Positions 49,721 through 62,162 of a DNA stretch of 64,000 nt are shown here, one piece after another. Each line of letters opens with the position of its first letter. Position 1 is the stretch's first letter. A program made the translations under genes and the position numbers. The DNA is from Octopus bimaculoides (taxonomy: Eukaryota): positions 66,633,798-66,697,797 of the forward strand of contig NC_068983.1 of NCBI RefSeq assembly GCF_001194135.2. The letters are read 5' to 3'. The notes beneath the pieces were generated by a model, which worked only from the letters and a program-made list of their open reading frames with translations, did no database searches and had not been told where the DNA came from.

Positions 49721-50439
49721 GTAAGTACCTAAGCATCTGGATATAAGCAATTTTGTATGTTACTCTTCTTGAGTTCTAGTTTCTAGGTTTTATTAGAAAG
49801 GACATAAATGTATAAAGTAGAAGGAGAAAATGAGAGACCAATTTCCATTTCCAAATGCTGCACTTATTAAAAAAAGATAAATGTACTTCAGATGTACATG
49901 AAATAAATTTCGAAAGAAAACATGTAAATTTATAGATATGCTATTATTTCTTAATAAATATCATTTCATTGCCTATAATCTTTTCCAAAAATGATTAGTA
50001 TTCTGTTGGTATATTAATATTACATGAAAAGGTATCAGAATACACTTTGAGAGACCAATTCAAATGTATTGCCAACAAAACAATTACTTCTTTGGTATCA
50101 TAATTTTCCTATGAAGAATTCTTTATTCCTTATTTATTTGATTATAGAACTGGTAAAAGAAAAAAGAGTAACTAAAAAGGGCTGCACCAAATTAACTGAA
50201 ACTATAGGAATAGTTCTCGTAGTTAATTACTGAAATTAAAACATTTTTTCCATGCAATCTAGTTATTGTAGTGAAATATCAATACATCTTACTTCAGTTG
50301 ATCAAGATTCAAAGTATTTTGTTTTTTATTGTTTTACCTTATTTCTCACCCACAGTTTTATTAATCAGATATTTCCTTTGTGTGTGTGTTTATGTGTATG
50401 TGTGTATACATATATGTATGTATATCATTATCATAATCA

Positions 50440-51430
50440 TCATCACTTAGTGTCTTCTGTCTGGATGTTTTGACAGGATCCAATGGGTCAGAGGATCACG
50501 TCTTGCTCCAGTGTCATAGTTTTGGCATGATTTTTACAGTTGGGTGATCTTCTAACATCAATAACTTTACAGGGTGTATTTAGGTGCTTTTTACTTGGCA
50601 AGTTAAGAGATTGGGTGGATGCCTTAAGCAGTTGTTGAGAGGTTAAAGTATGATGAGGAGAGTAGGAACAAGTTTGCTGTTTGTAAGGGAGATTCATAAT
50701 TACCTTGTAGAGAAGATTCATACCTCCAGTTTCACCCATATGAATGAGGGAAACTGCAGTAGGAACCCAAAAGAAGTAAATACAGTGATGACAAGTTGGC
50801 AGAACTTATCATGATGTTGACATGCCAAGAGATGTATATGGGATGTATATAATGTGGATACAAAAGAATCAAGGAGAGTGGTGAGTCAGGATGTAAGATA
50901 GTTGGAGGAGAGTGAAATTGATATAAACCTGTGAAAGAGGTCAGGTGTATATAGGAGATGAAGGTTGTGAATGGTGAACAAGGATGGTCAGTATGAGTGT
51001 ATACAATAAGAATTATATACACTCATACTAATTGAGTTCAGAGAAGAGAGAATGGTGACTAATAATACACAGATGGAAATATAGCATATAGTAACAGATT
51101 TGTTTTCATTGCTTACATCTGCAGAATAATATGGGATTGGATGGGGTTGTGTTTGGTAAGAATGAAGAATAGATGTCTATAGAAAATAGCTGAGGTCAGA
51201 GGTTACAAGTGGGGGAAACTGAAAAATGGATATGAACAAGGAGTATGTGTGGGGAGTATTGGAAGTAAAAACAAGGAATGGATATCAATAGGAAGTAGCT
51301 TGGGTAAGTGACCCAATCATCTGGGTGGAGGTGGGTCTATATTATGTGCATTATGAGTTAGCAACCTGAGTCATAATATGCTAGCAAGGCTGGGCAAGTC
51401 TTTCTGAGTACTGTGTAAGGCCAATTATCC
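50440..51430 (-). mobile_element. Degenerate RTE 3' tail and 3' UTR
   Basis: catcatcacttagtgtcttctgtctggatgttttgacaggatcc... tail, followed by a purine-rich UTR resembling the reverse complement of 24050-24750. Confidence 0.5.
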
Positions 51431-52855
51431 TTTGTTATCTCTTATGCAAGTCTCAGCAGCCTAAGATCATCCTTCATCCATCCTACATCTTCATGGATCC
51501 TTTCCATTACGTATACATGTGCATGTATATTTAGACTGGTTGGCTGGCAAGTAAGCATGCATATGTACATACTTATCTACATGCATGCATGCATATCTAA
51601 AACCTGCCTACACATATACATACATACATACATACATACATATTTACATACATATGCACATCTCCATGTAATTCCATAACTACAATCATATTAGGGCATA
51701 ACAAATATATTTCAACTTGCCTACCTCATTGCAATGTGTGTCAACACTTTCTCTACCAACTTCTTTATCTGCTCAGATTATATCTCTGATTCTATTTTAT
51801 GCACTTTTATGCCTCTAACCATACACGCCTCTACAAAGATGACATTATATCGTTCAGCTCCAACTTCTACAGTCAGACATCCTTTGCATTCAGTTTCAAT
51901 ACTCTAAGCAAATATGACAGTTTTCACAAACTAAGATATTTATTCATCATAAAGTGTGTGTATGTGTGTGTGTTGGGGACTGGGAAAAATATCATGACAA
52001 TCTAGTGTCAGTTACCAGCACTAAAACGTAGATACTACTTACCTACAAGGAAATGTGTAAATACGTCTACTATTCCTTAGGCAAAATGTACAACTAAAGC
52101 CTTTACACTTCCTTCAAACGTTAGTCTGAGAATCTTTGTTGACCTCTCATAATGGTCATACATAAGAATGCCACTTAATGAAGGTCGCAAAACTTCCCTT
52201 TCAACATCAGAAAATACAACCACTTGTATAAGTTGATTTTATACAAAGCACACGGAGCAGGCATGTCATGCTCATTCACATTCTGATCTGCATTTTTTTC
52301 TAAGCAAATATCCAATGTTATAATAACATGCAAACTATAGAGCCTATTTTTCCTTTTCTGAGATGAATCCTATTTCTCTGAACATTGCTATCTTCACCTA
52401 AACTGTCTTTCTTTGCTTCTTCCAACTAGTATTTTGTCTCATGGACATCTGCTTCACCCTAGAACAGGGCAAAGTTTCCTAGAAATATATCAGATGTTTT
52501 CTTATATAAATTCTACATTTATAAATTTTCTTAAGCTTTATAATCTCAATGAAATTTCACTATATAAAATATCAAATGTTGGTTTTGAAGCAAATGTAGC
52601 TGTGTATTATCTTATTAATTATAATGTAGCCTGTTAGTAATTTTCAAGTGAAAAGTGCTGATGTATCTTTTAATAAAAACACTAACCAGCAAATTTGATT
52701 TGATATCTTCATATGCTGAAAAAGTCAAGAGTCATATATTGCTGAGTTAGGTCCTCTTGATGATATTTCTTACGTTTTAACTATATCTTAGTCCAAGCCA
52801 CTTTTGATTCTCAGTCTATTGAATTTTAAGTACATTATAATGGAAGTACCTTTTT

Positions 52856-53105
52856 GCTGCATGGTTTAGAGCAGTTAGGGTGTTGCACTCATGATTGCGA
52901 GATTGTGGTTTCGATTTCCAGACCGAACGTTGCATTGTGTTCTTCAGCAAAACACTCCATTTCGTGTTGCTTTGTGACCATTTTGTCATCTGACATGTGG
53001 CACATGGTGCACCTGTACAGGTAATGTCAATTTGATGGAATTAGTGAGCTTATGTGAACACAAACATTTGATCAATATAAACAAATCATTTGTATGGTCT
53101 AACAA
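52856..53105 (+). mobile_element. tRNA-headed CORE-like SINE (second family)
   Basis: gcatggtttagagcagttagggtgttgcactcatgattgcgagattgtggtttcgatttcc (A/B-box-like), then gcattgtgttcttcagcaaaacac CORE-like segment. Confidence 0.6.
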
Positions 53106-53109
53106 TGAG

Positions 53110-54148
53110 AGAGTCCGTTCTGGTGACAAAGGGCCTCTCACTCAGAGTAAAAGGCAGACTGTATAATGCATGTGTATGAACAGCCATGCTACATGGCAGT
53201 GAAACATGGGCTGTGACTGCTGAGGACATGCGTAAGCTAACAAGGAAAGAAACCAATCTGCTCCAATGGATGTGTATGTCAGTGTGCTTACTCGACAGAG
53301 TGTAAGTACCTTGAGAGAAAAGTTGAACCTAAGAAGCATCAGTTGTAGTGTGCAAGAGAGATGATTGCGCTGGTATGGTCATATGGTGAGAATGGATGAG
53401 GATAGCTGTGTGTAAAAGTGCCACACCCTAGTAGTTGAAGGAAACTGTGGAAGAGGTAGGTCCAGGAAGACCTGGGATGAGGTGGTGAAGCATGATCTCC
53501 AAACATTAGGCTTCACTGAGGCAATGACTTGTGACCGAGACCTTTGGAAATATGCCATGCGTGAGAAGACCCGGCAAGCCAAGTGAGACCATAATCCGAG
53601 GCCTCTGCCAGGGTGTAGCCAGCCCACTTATGTGTACCTTTCCTTCATTGGACACTAAACTTGGCTTGCGAAGACCTGTTGAGGCAAGTGAAAGCGAAAT
53701 TGTGATGGCACCTGTACCAGTGGAGCGCTAAGAGTACCATTCGAGTGTGAGCGTTGCCAGAGCAGCTGTCTGGCTTCCGTGCCAGTGGCATGTAGATAGC
53801 ACCATTTGAGTGTGATCATTACCAGCGTCGCTTTCATGACACTTGTGCTGGTGGCACTTGAGCAGACATCATCGCGAGGTTGTTGCCAGTGCTGCTGGAC
53901 TAGATCCTGTGCAGGTGGCACGTAAAATACACCATTTTGAGCGTGGCCATTGCCAGTACTGCCTGACTGGCCTTTGTGCCAGTGGCATGTAAAAGCACCA
54001 ACTACACCATCAGAATGGTTGGCGTTAGGAAAGGCACCCAGTTGTAGAAACTCGGCCAAATCAGATTGGGGCCTGGTGTAGACATCTGGTTCACCAGTCC
54101 TCAGTCAACTCGTCCAACCCATGCTAGCATGGAAAGCGGATGTTAAAC

Positions 54149-54184
<36 letters not shown>

Positions 54185-54185
54185 A
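53110..54185 (+). mobile_element. 5'-truncated RTE LINE: RT C-terminus, modular 3' UTR and (GAT)n tail
   Basis: VTKGLSLRVKGRLYNACV*TAMLHGSETWAVTAEDMRKL...GRGRSRKTWDEVVKHDL; UTR with repeated gtggcatgtaaaagcacc; ends catgctagcatggaaagcggatgttaaac(gat)n. Confidence 0.9.
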
Positions 54186-54189
54186 TATA

Positions 54190-54630
54190 TATATTGTGGC
54201 TGATGCTGGTATCACATAACTGGCACCTGTGCTAGTGGCACGTAAAAAGCACCTTTTAAGCATTGGGCCTCACAGAGACAAAGTGGTCAATACCGGTGGC
54301 ATGTGAAAAGCTCCATTCGAGTGTTGGGCCTCACGGAGGCAATGACTGAGACCTTTGGTATTATGTCGTACTTGAGAAGAAGACCAATCAAGCCAAGTAA
54401 AATCACAGTCATGGCAGATACTGGTGTCACACAAATGGCACCCATGCTGGTGGCATGTGAAAGCACCCATTACACTCTCAGAGTGGTTGGCATTAGGAAG
54501 GGCATCCAGCTGTAGAAACAATACCAAATCAGACTGGGATCTGGTGCAGCCTTCCAGTGTACCAGCCCTGGTCAAACTCTTCAACCCATGCCAGCATGGA
54601 CAATGGACACTAAATGATGATGATGATGAT
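54190..54630 (+). mobile_element. RTE-tail SINE/3' UTR copy ending in (GAT)n
   Basis: Same motif set as 53570-54185; ends caacccatgccagcatggacaatggacactaaatgatgatgatgat. Confidence 0.85.
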
Positions 54631-54954
54631 GTGTGTGTGTGTGTGTGTGTGTGTATATTGATTAACAGATAATACTGGCCAACAAATTTTTTGTTGCATT
54701 GCTATCAACACTTGGTATTACCTAATTTGAGTGCATAGATTTCAGATCTGAAGTTGGTTATTTTCTAGATGCTCTAACATTTTTGCAATCAAGGTATTTC
54801 AAAATCTCAAAATTTTATCTTCATCACATTGACATCATAATCTATCAGGAGAAATATGTGATTAAACTCTTTAAATTAGCTGGGTAATAAAAAAGAAAAT
54901 GCAGAATAGTAAAAATTTATTCAAGAACACAATTTAAAACACTTTCTGGATTTC

Positions 54955-55445
54955 ACAGGAGGGCTGCCATCAGAAAACCACTACTTTCAAAAGCAAACGT
55001 TGCAAAGCATTTAGAGTGGAATAAAAACCTACAGAATTTGTCCCTAGAGCAGTTGAAAAATGTTATTTTCTCGGATGTGTCATCCTTTACCTTATTTCCA
55101 ACTACCAGCCGAGTATATGTGTGGAGGCAGCCAAAAGAAGCATTTGACCCAGACTGCCTTCTTCCAACTGTTAAACATGGAAATCTGCTGGCCCAATGGC
55201 TTCCCTTCATGGCAGAATTAATAGTCAAGACTATTTAAGCATTTTATCTGATCAAATTCATCCAATGTTTGTGGAACTGTTTCCGGAGGGAAATGCAATC
55301 TTTTAGGATGATAATGCACCGATTCACACTGCTAAAGTTGTTACTGAATGGCACAAGGAACATTCTAGTGAAGTTGAGCATCTTATCTGGCCATCACAGT
55401 CCCCAGATCTCAATATTATTGAACATTTATGGTGCATTTTATAAA
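54955..55445 (+). mobile_element. Tc1 transposase internal fragment, same DD36E family as 38586-39853
   Basis: HRRAAIRKPLLSKANVAKHLEW...VIFSDVSSFTLFPT...VWRQPKEAFDPDCLLPTVKHG...[43 protein letters not shown]. Confidence 0.9.
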
Positions 55446-55449
55446 AAGG

Positions 55450-55932
55450 ATCATTGGATTCTGAAAGTATTTCTTGACTTCCATCAGTCCCTTGCTCTTG
55501 GTTGCTATCCACATTGTCAGATGGAGAAAATCTTTTAAAACCTGGAATTGGTTGCTAATCAGAGTGCAGAGAGGTCGGATTGCTGAGTGAGTACTAAGGA
55601 CATGAGATTTTTTTTTGTCTATTTTTTTCTTGCCAATACCCTTTGTATTGACAAGACAAAAATAGCAGTCATTTGTGTGCTTCTTCAGTTCTTGCCAGGT
55701 CATAAGAATTCTGAAAGGAAAACCCTTATGTTACCATTTTGTCCAGTCATGTAGTATTTCCTCGCAGTTATGACACACAATACATGGAGTCCATTTCTTG
55801 TTTTGGTCTCCAAGAGTAAGTCCTAAGCACACTTAGTGCTATATTGTACCTTTGATGAATAAGCATGAAGCATCCACAAATGTAACAGAAAGTATCCAGC
55901 TTGTTGGTACATTGATGTCTCTTTGTAGTCAT
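55450..55932 (-). mobile_element. Chapaev3-like (CMC) transposase N-terminal fragment
   Basis: Minus strand from ATG at 55932: MTTKRHQCTNKLDTFCYICG...LGDQNKKWTPCIVCHNCEEILHDW...MTWQELKKHTNDCYFCLVNTKG...SAIRP. Matches the C..FCYICG / LGDQDK.WAPH.VC / WREP.NH..DCYFC / SAIRP motif set that I associate with Chapaev3; the superfamily label is from memory. Confidence 0.7.
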
Positions 55933-58900
55933 GATCATATCTAAAAGGGAAAGAAAATAATTTTAATGTCTCTGTTGACAACATAAACGTATAAGTAATT
56001 AAAATGACTGAAAATGGCTAGAATGCAGAATTTAAATTTGCAGGAAAACTAGAGCATGTAGAACATAATCATTTTCAGATTTTAATTTAGCAGGTTAAAA
56101 ACAGTAAGAATTAGTAGAAAAAATCTTATGCAATTGAGATTTCAAAAAAAATCTGTTGTCTTGTGTTATTAATATTCTTTTCTTTCTCAATAAATTGTAG
56201 ACATCTTAAAATTCACAAAGTTGCCCTGATAAAATGTGAAGAAATCTTAACATCTATCTTAATGTTTATGTACATACAAAAGTTGGCAATTGAAGGAAAA
56301 CATTTCAGAGCTAATTTCTTGAAATTCTTCTCTGTACATGAATTACTTATTGCCTTTCCATCCCCTTTTCAGTCAATTTCAATCTTATTTTAAGGTTCTA
56401 GATTCATGGTTTGGAGAGGAACACACTTTCATACACTGTTTAAATCTCAAAATAAGGTTTTTGAAAGAATTCTAACTACTCAGTTTCTAGGAAATTTACT
56501 GAACTGATATGAGCTAATGGTTATAGTATTGTTTCATTAAATATTTGGAATAATCTATTATTTGAATTTTTTCATTTGTGTGTGCGCGCGCGCGCATGAG
56601 AGAGGGGGAGGGAGTGGGGAGAGAGGATCTCTTTCACCAGAAAGGAGAAAGATTGAGTGAGGAGCTACTGAAACTGTACAAGGACCCTAATGTAAAGTAA
56701 TGTGCAAAGTAGAAATTAAGATATATTGATAGGACTTTCATTAGTCAAGATTGACCATACAGTTGCATGTGCATGTACTGGCCTGGGTTAGATTTTTTCA
56801 GAAGATTAGAGCTTTTCATGCATTCAAGTTTTCCCTCTTGAAGCCACTAATGATATCTAAGATAAAGGTCACTGACTTGGGCTAATACTAGTTGGCATCA
56901 GTAACATCACTACTGATACTGTGTCAAATGCAAAGAACCAGAACAGATACTGCTAGGCATCTTATTTGACCATCAAACCGAGACACTAATCTGCTACTCT
57001 AGAATGGGGCATTCTTTTGACCCTGAAAAATGGAGAAGTAAAGTTGACCTTGACAGAATTTGAATTCAGATTGCAGGGAGAATAAATACAGCAAGGCATT
57101 CTCTCCAATGCTCTAATCATGCTGCCCAGTTGTTGCCTTTATATTAGCAAACTAATCATTTTATCTTGCACAGATGATGTATTGATTGTAAGAAAAAGTA
57201 ACCAGTATTAAGAATTTGTACATTAGCCAATAACAGTTAATATCTGCTTTGCATAAATACCAAATCATTTTATGCATTGATTATATTCAAACAATGCAAA
57301 AATAATTTGCTAATTATTTACAGTTGAAGTTTTTTAATAACATTTACTTTTTTTCTTGGTTTAAATTAACGTATCACATGAAGGAAATGTTATAATTTAT
57401 ATTCTGAATTTATGTATTTGCAAACAGAAGTTAAAATTTAGCCATATCCTACAAATAATTATAGCTTATTAGAACATTATTTAATAAAAATTACAAAGAA
57501 AAAAGAAAAATACTTTAAAGTGAGACAAAAATTTAATAAACTATTTTAGAAGTTTTAGTTACATTTTCATCTATGAGATTTAAAATTTTACTTTTCTTCT
57601 TGCTTCTTGCTAATTTTGGTTATGGGAAGTGGACATTTCAGTTGCAGATCAATATATATGAAAACCTAATTAGCATTTTTAGACATGTTTGCTAATATCA
57701 CCTATGTATTAATCATTATTTATACATAAAAGATTTATTGAAATAATGATATTAGACATTAAAAAACACCTAATGAGAATGACATGCCCATTGACAGGTC
57801 TCTCGTAATATATCCATTGCTTACCAGGCAACTACATTCCTAATCACAGCAAAGTACATGTCATTCGTTGCGATTTGAGTTTTGCCATTCAATCTATTAT
57901 TCTTTTTCTATCCCATTTAACTTAGCAATTAAATCTATTATTTATTCAAATTGATCTAATAATATCTATCTTAGATTAGCCTTATACCAAGTCATAATTT
58001 CACAACTCTTTTAAAAACAATATTCTCACAATATTATTTTGCCCATCTTGCATAATCCGTTTATTTTTCTAATCTTTCAATGGTATTTTCAGTGCTTTGA
58101 ATAGGAAACTTTTTTTTTTTTTTTGCATTATCTTTCTTTCTGTTTTTCTTATGCATACAGTAACTTCTATAAGTTCTCTTTATGCATCTAGTTTGCTTTT
58201 TGCACATTATTTTGTCGAAATTTTATCCAACTATTTCTAAGGCTTAACATTTATGCCAATGATTAGATTTTCTAAATGATATTGATTTTTACTCTAACCG
58301 CTCCTTTAAAATTACAAATCTTTTATTCATAATCAATCTTCTCAAGATTATGTTATATCTCCTGTGTATTGATTGGTTATACTACATACTAAGAATATCT
58401 AATCTTACCTTCACATTCTGTTTTGAATAATTTTATGGATCCCGGTTATTTCTTTATGGTTTAATCTTTAATTAACTCTTTATTTTTCTCAGAGCTAAAT
58501 ACTTTCTCAGGTTTCCAACTCATTGAAATCTTTAACTGATTATACTTTATTTAAACTAAGACATTTTTTTACTGAAATTCAAGTCATGTACTTCAGAATT
58601 TAAACTTCAAGCAAATCTGTTTCCTTTCTTATTGCATACCTCATGAGGACAATCATTAGGATGCCAATCAAGCTATTTGTAAAGTCAAGGACTGCTCTAG
58701 CCCTTTGTCCTCAGTATTGCAGTAAGGCTTCAAAAATATAGAATCATTCATCAATTTGTTTTGTACATCTATTGAATTTGCATTGGATGATTTTTGTTAC
58801 TCGGAACAATATTGGAATAAAATGAAATTTAAAGTTTAAATCAAAATCATTTTGATAACAATGACAAAATCTATAAAAATATTACCATGTTTTTGCACAT

Positions 58901-59215
58901 TTTTCATAAATGAAACATGCTGACAAACATTTTTGCTATATTTGGCAATCATGCTATGGTTTAAGTTTTTCATCTGAAATGCCACATCAGCTCTTTTGAA
59001 ACACATAAGTTGATATTTTCAAATGAGATTAAAAAAATAATTCAACTGGAGGTAAGATTTGAAATGTCAAACAACTAATTTATTTAGATGTGTAACTGTT
59101 CATTAAAATATGAGTATACCATTGACTTGAACAAAAATTCAAAAGCATCACTAGTTTATTTTATCATAAGAAATAAAATATAATCAGAATTTTGAATTTT
59201 TCTTTTTCTTTTTAG

Positions 59216-59337
59216 GAACTATTATTTGCCCTGCCACAGATTGTTTTGTGCACTGGCGAGATCCTTGGTATGACTGTGAGTGGGGTCTCAATTTCACGTC
59301 AGCTCCGGATGCACGGAAATTTAGGGACTGTTGTTCA
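59216..59337 (+). CDS. sif: Internal coding exon, EVH1/WH1 domain (second part) of still life SIF type 1-like protein
   Basis: Acceptor tttttctttttAG ends 59215. The phase 1 join (G|GA=Gly) continues the previous exon in frame: (G)TIICPATDCFVHWRDPWYDCEWGLNFTSAPDARKFRDCCS, matching SIF GTRIGQASECFVYWKDP...WGLNFTSPIDAKQFRECCS as recalled. GTAAGT donor at 59338 (phase 0). Confidence 0.93.
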
Positions 59338-61085
59338 GTAAGTAAATGCATAAAACATTTTCTGATAATTTTATACATTCACTTTTCCACAGTACCTCTT
59401 GCTTTCTCTTTTCTTCTCACTATGTACTTGTAACTGCACATTTACTCATTATGTTTTCTGTTTCTTTAGTCTTGTATTTCAATATTCATAATCTTCATAG
59501 GTTACATCATTCTATTTAGATGTATTTACAAGATATGTCCTAAGATCTTTGGGCCAGCATAACAAAAATTAAACCACCTTCAATAATTCTTTGAATTGTT
59601 TACATTTTAATGGGATTTTTTTTTAATTTATGTATTTTGAAGAAATACTTTCTAGAGTATATTTTCTACAATTTTTGGATCTCAGCAACTCAGTATGTCA
59701 TAAAATCAAGAGAAAAAATAATCTGCTAGAATAGTTTAATGAGACAAGTATTGTGCATTATAAACATAAAAAAAGTAATTTACTGGATTCTCATGGACAA
59801 CTGGGGTCTTTTCTTCTTTTAAGCCTTTTTAGCTTTATCAGTCAACAAAGACAAAGTTTTCTGGGTTATAAAATTTCTACTTTAAATTTTCCATGTCAAA
59901 ATAAGTGGGATGATTCTGAAAATCTAATTATTTTCCTGAATTGTTGAAATCATTAGGTTAATTCAACGGAATAAAACAATTCCTTGTTTCATAATAGGAT
60001 CTGAATTCTTGATAATCAACATGTGCTTCTAGAATGGTAGATCTCAATGACACTGTCTAGTAGAATGATGAAACAAAAGACTTTGTATGGTATCAAGAAC
60101 TTTTGTCATTAGATCACTTATACAACCAATATACTTTAACCTTTATGACTCACTCTATTAACAGCATTTTTCTAAAAGAAGATAAAGCTAACTATGTAAA
60201 CCAGAAAAATGCAGAATAAGAGAAACTCAAGAAGCATTAATGAATCAACTATAATTTTTAAAAGCTGACACCATACTTAATAATAGATAAATAATAAACT
60301 GAATAGCTTTAACAATAGATAAAGCAGAAGAATGTATATGACATTAATCAGCTGTAACCATTGGATTACTTATAGTTACATATATTTACAATTGATATAT
60401 GAAGTAAGTTGTTATTCAAATGAACTAGAAAGAATATAGGAAAAGTTTTCAGTTTCACTTAAAATTCTAAGCAGAAATTATTTGTTCTTAGAAATTAACA
60501 TTAAACATATAAGAAGATAATTTAGTTGTTTTTCTAAGCTCAATAAATAGCAGCTTAAAATGTAAAACAATGTGTGTACATGATTGCACACATGTACATA
60601 CAGATACGTGCACCATCATTATTAATTTTGGTGCAAAGGAAATCAATAGTTTTCACAATACAAAAATCATTATTTATTTAACTGCTTCCTTTGCAATAAA
60701 ATAAGAGCCAATTTCTAAATACATTGTCAAAGCTCTTTTGTTGAAGATTATATAGTGAATATATATATTTTTCTGATGTGCAAATAAAATATTATATAAG
60801 TAAGTAGCATCAGTGTGCAAGACCTGTTATTCTTTTTGCTGTTCTTCATAATAACACTAGCTCTGTTGCATTTACTTAAGATTTATCTCTATCTTTCACT
60901 AACACTCTGTTTTAAAAAAGGAACATATTAAATAAAGATTCATAGTATGTAAGGTGCTTCAGTCCTTCTAGTGTTCAAGTTTTCTCTGCTGTAGTGATTG
61001 CCTCATGAAAAAGTTATATTGTTTTCTGCAAGGCAGTTACTTCACCAGTGAATATTACAATACTAAAGGTTATTTTAAGACAACT

Positions 61086-61086
<1 letters not shown>

Positions 61087-61116
<30 letters not shown>

Positions 61117-61430
61117 GTTTAGCATCTGTTTTCCATGTTGGCATGGGTTCGACGGTTCAACTGGGGTCTGGGAAACCAAGAGGCTGTACCAGACCCCAAT
61201 CTGATCTGACAGTGTTTCTACAGCTGGATGCCCTTCCTAATGCCAACCACACGGAGAGTGTAGTGGATACTTTTTATATGCCACCAGTACAGGGGGCAGA
61301 GAAGCTGGCATCAACCATGATTAGATGGTGTTTTTTATGTGCCACCGGCATGGAAGCCAGTCAAAGTGGCACTGGCATCGGCCACATTCAGATGGTGCTT
61401 TTTATGTGCTACCAGCACGGGGCTCACAAC
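61087..61430 (-). mobile_element. RTE-tail SINE copy
   Basis: (cat)n cgtttagcatctgttttccatgttggcatgggttcg...ctacagctggatgcccttcctaatgccaaccac...ttttatgtgccaccggcatgg. Confidence 0.85.
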
Positions 61431-62162
61431 TACAATTTCCAATTGATTTGATTTTGATATTGATGTTGATGTGCGTGACTCAATAAGAATGTTTTGTGTT
61501 CTTTGCCAATATAAATATATTATCACTGTTGGAAATTTCACTGCTGTTGTGAATAATGAGGCTAACGTAAGTTACCTTGATTTATGTTGGTAAAGATTTG
61601 CTATTTTAATATTCTGTTTATAAGTTGGTCTGACAAGGGAAGTTTCCATGACCATTACAGACCTTCACAGATATCTGTAGGAAAAACACGAGCAAGAAGA
61701 GATTTACAGTTTTATGAAATGCTTGCAACAGAATGTATTCTACTAAAGGTACTGAGGACCAAGTGAGGACCAGATGGCATTTTATTTTCACTCACAAAAT
61801 GTCTACAATTATGATGTGTTACTGGCTAACAACTCAGAGAGGTTACTCAACTAGAGAGAATGGAGAGATAAATTTGAACAGAAATACTCACTCACCTTTA
61901 CATTGTATCCAAAATAACTTTTGGGAATGAAAAAAGCTATGTATATAATGCTATAGTGTATGGTTACGTATAAATGCTAACCATGTATTTGTGCAATCTT
62001 TATTTCCTTTGCAGTTATTGAAAGCCTTTTACTTTTTAGCATTTTCTCAGTCTTGTAATAATCATTAGGTTTTAATAGGAACTAAAAGACTAATCCCATG
62101 CCTGAAATCATTATTCATAAATTGCAATACATCAAAAGTTGAATGTGTGCTGTCTACATAAG

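Larger units (their letters stand above)
49721..59215 (+). other. GT-AG intron (9495 bp) of the sif-like gene
   Basis: Bounded by GTAAGT and polypyrimidine-TAG; reading phases of the flanking exons match; filled with TE fragments. Confidence 0.88.

Noticed and set aside
49539-59337. Ena/VASP, Homer, SPRED or WASP identity for the EVH1 exons
   Set aside because: The LWAEVF...VS.D.VPVNI.CI.D.P...F.ITAYN...WGLNFTS..DA..FR.CCS pattern matches SIF type 1 as I recall it far better than those families.
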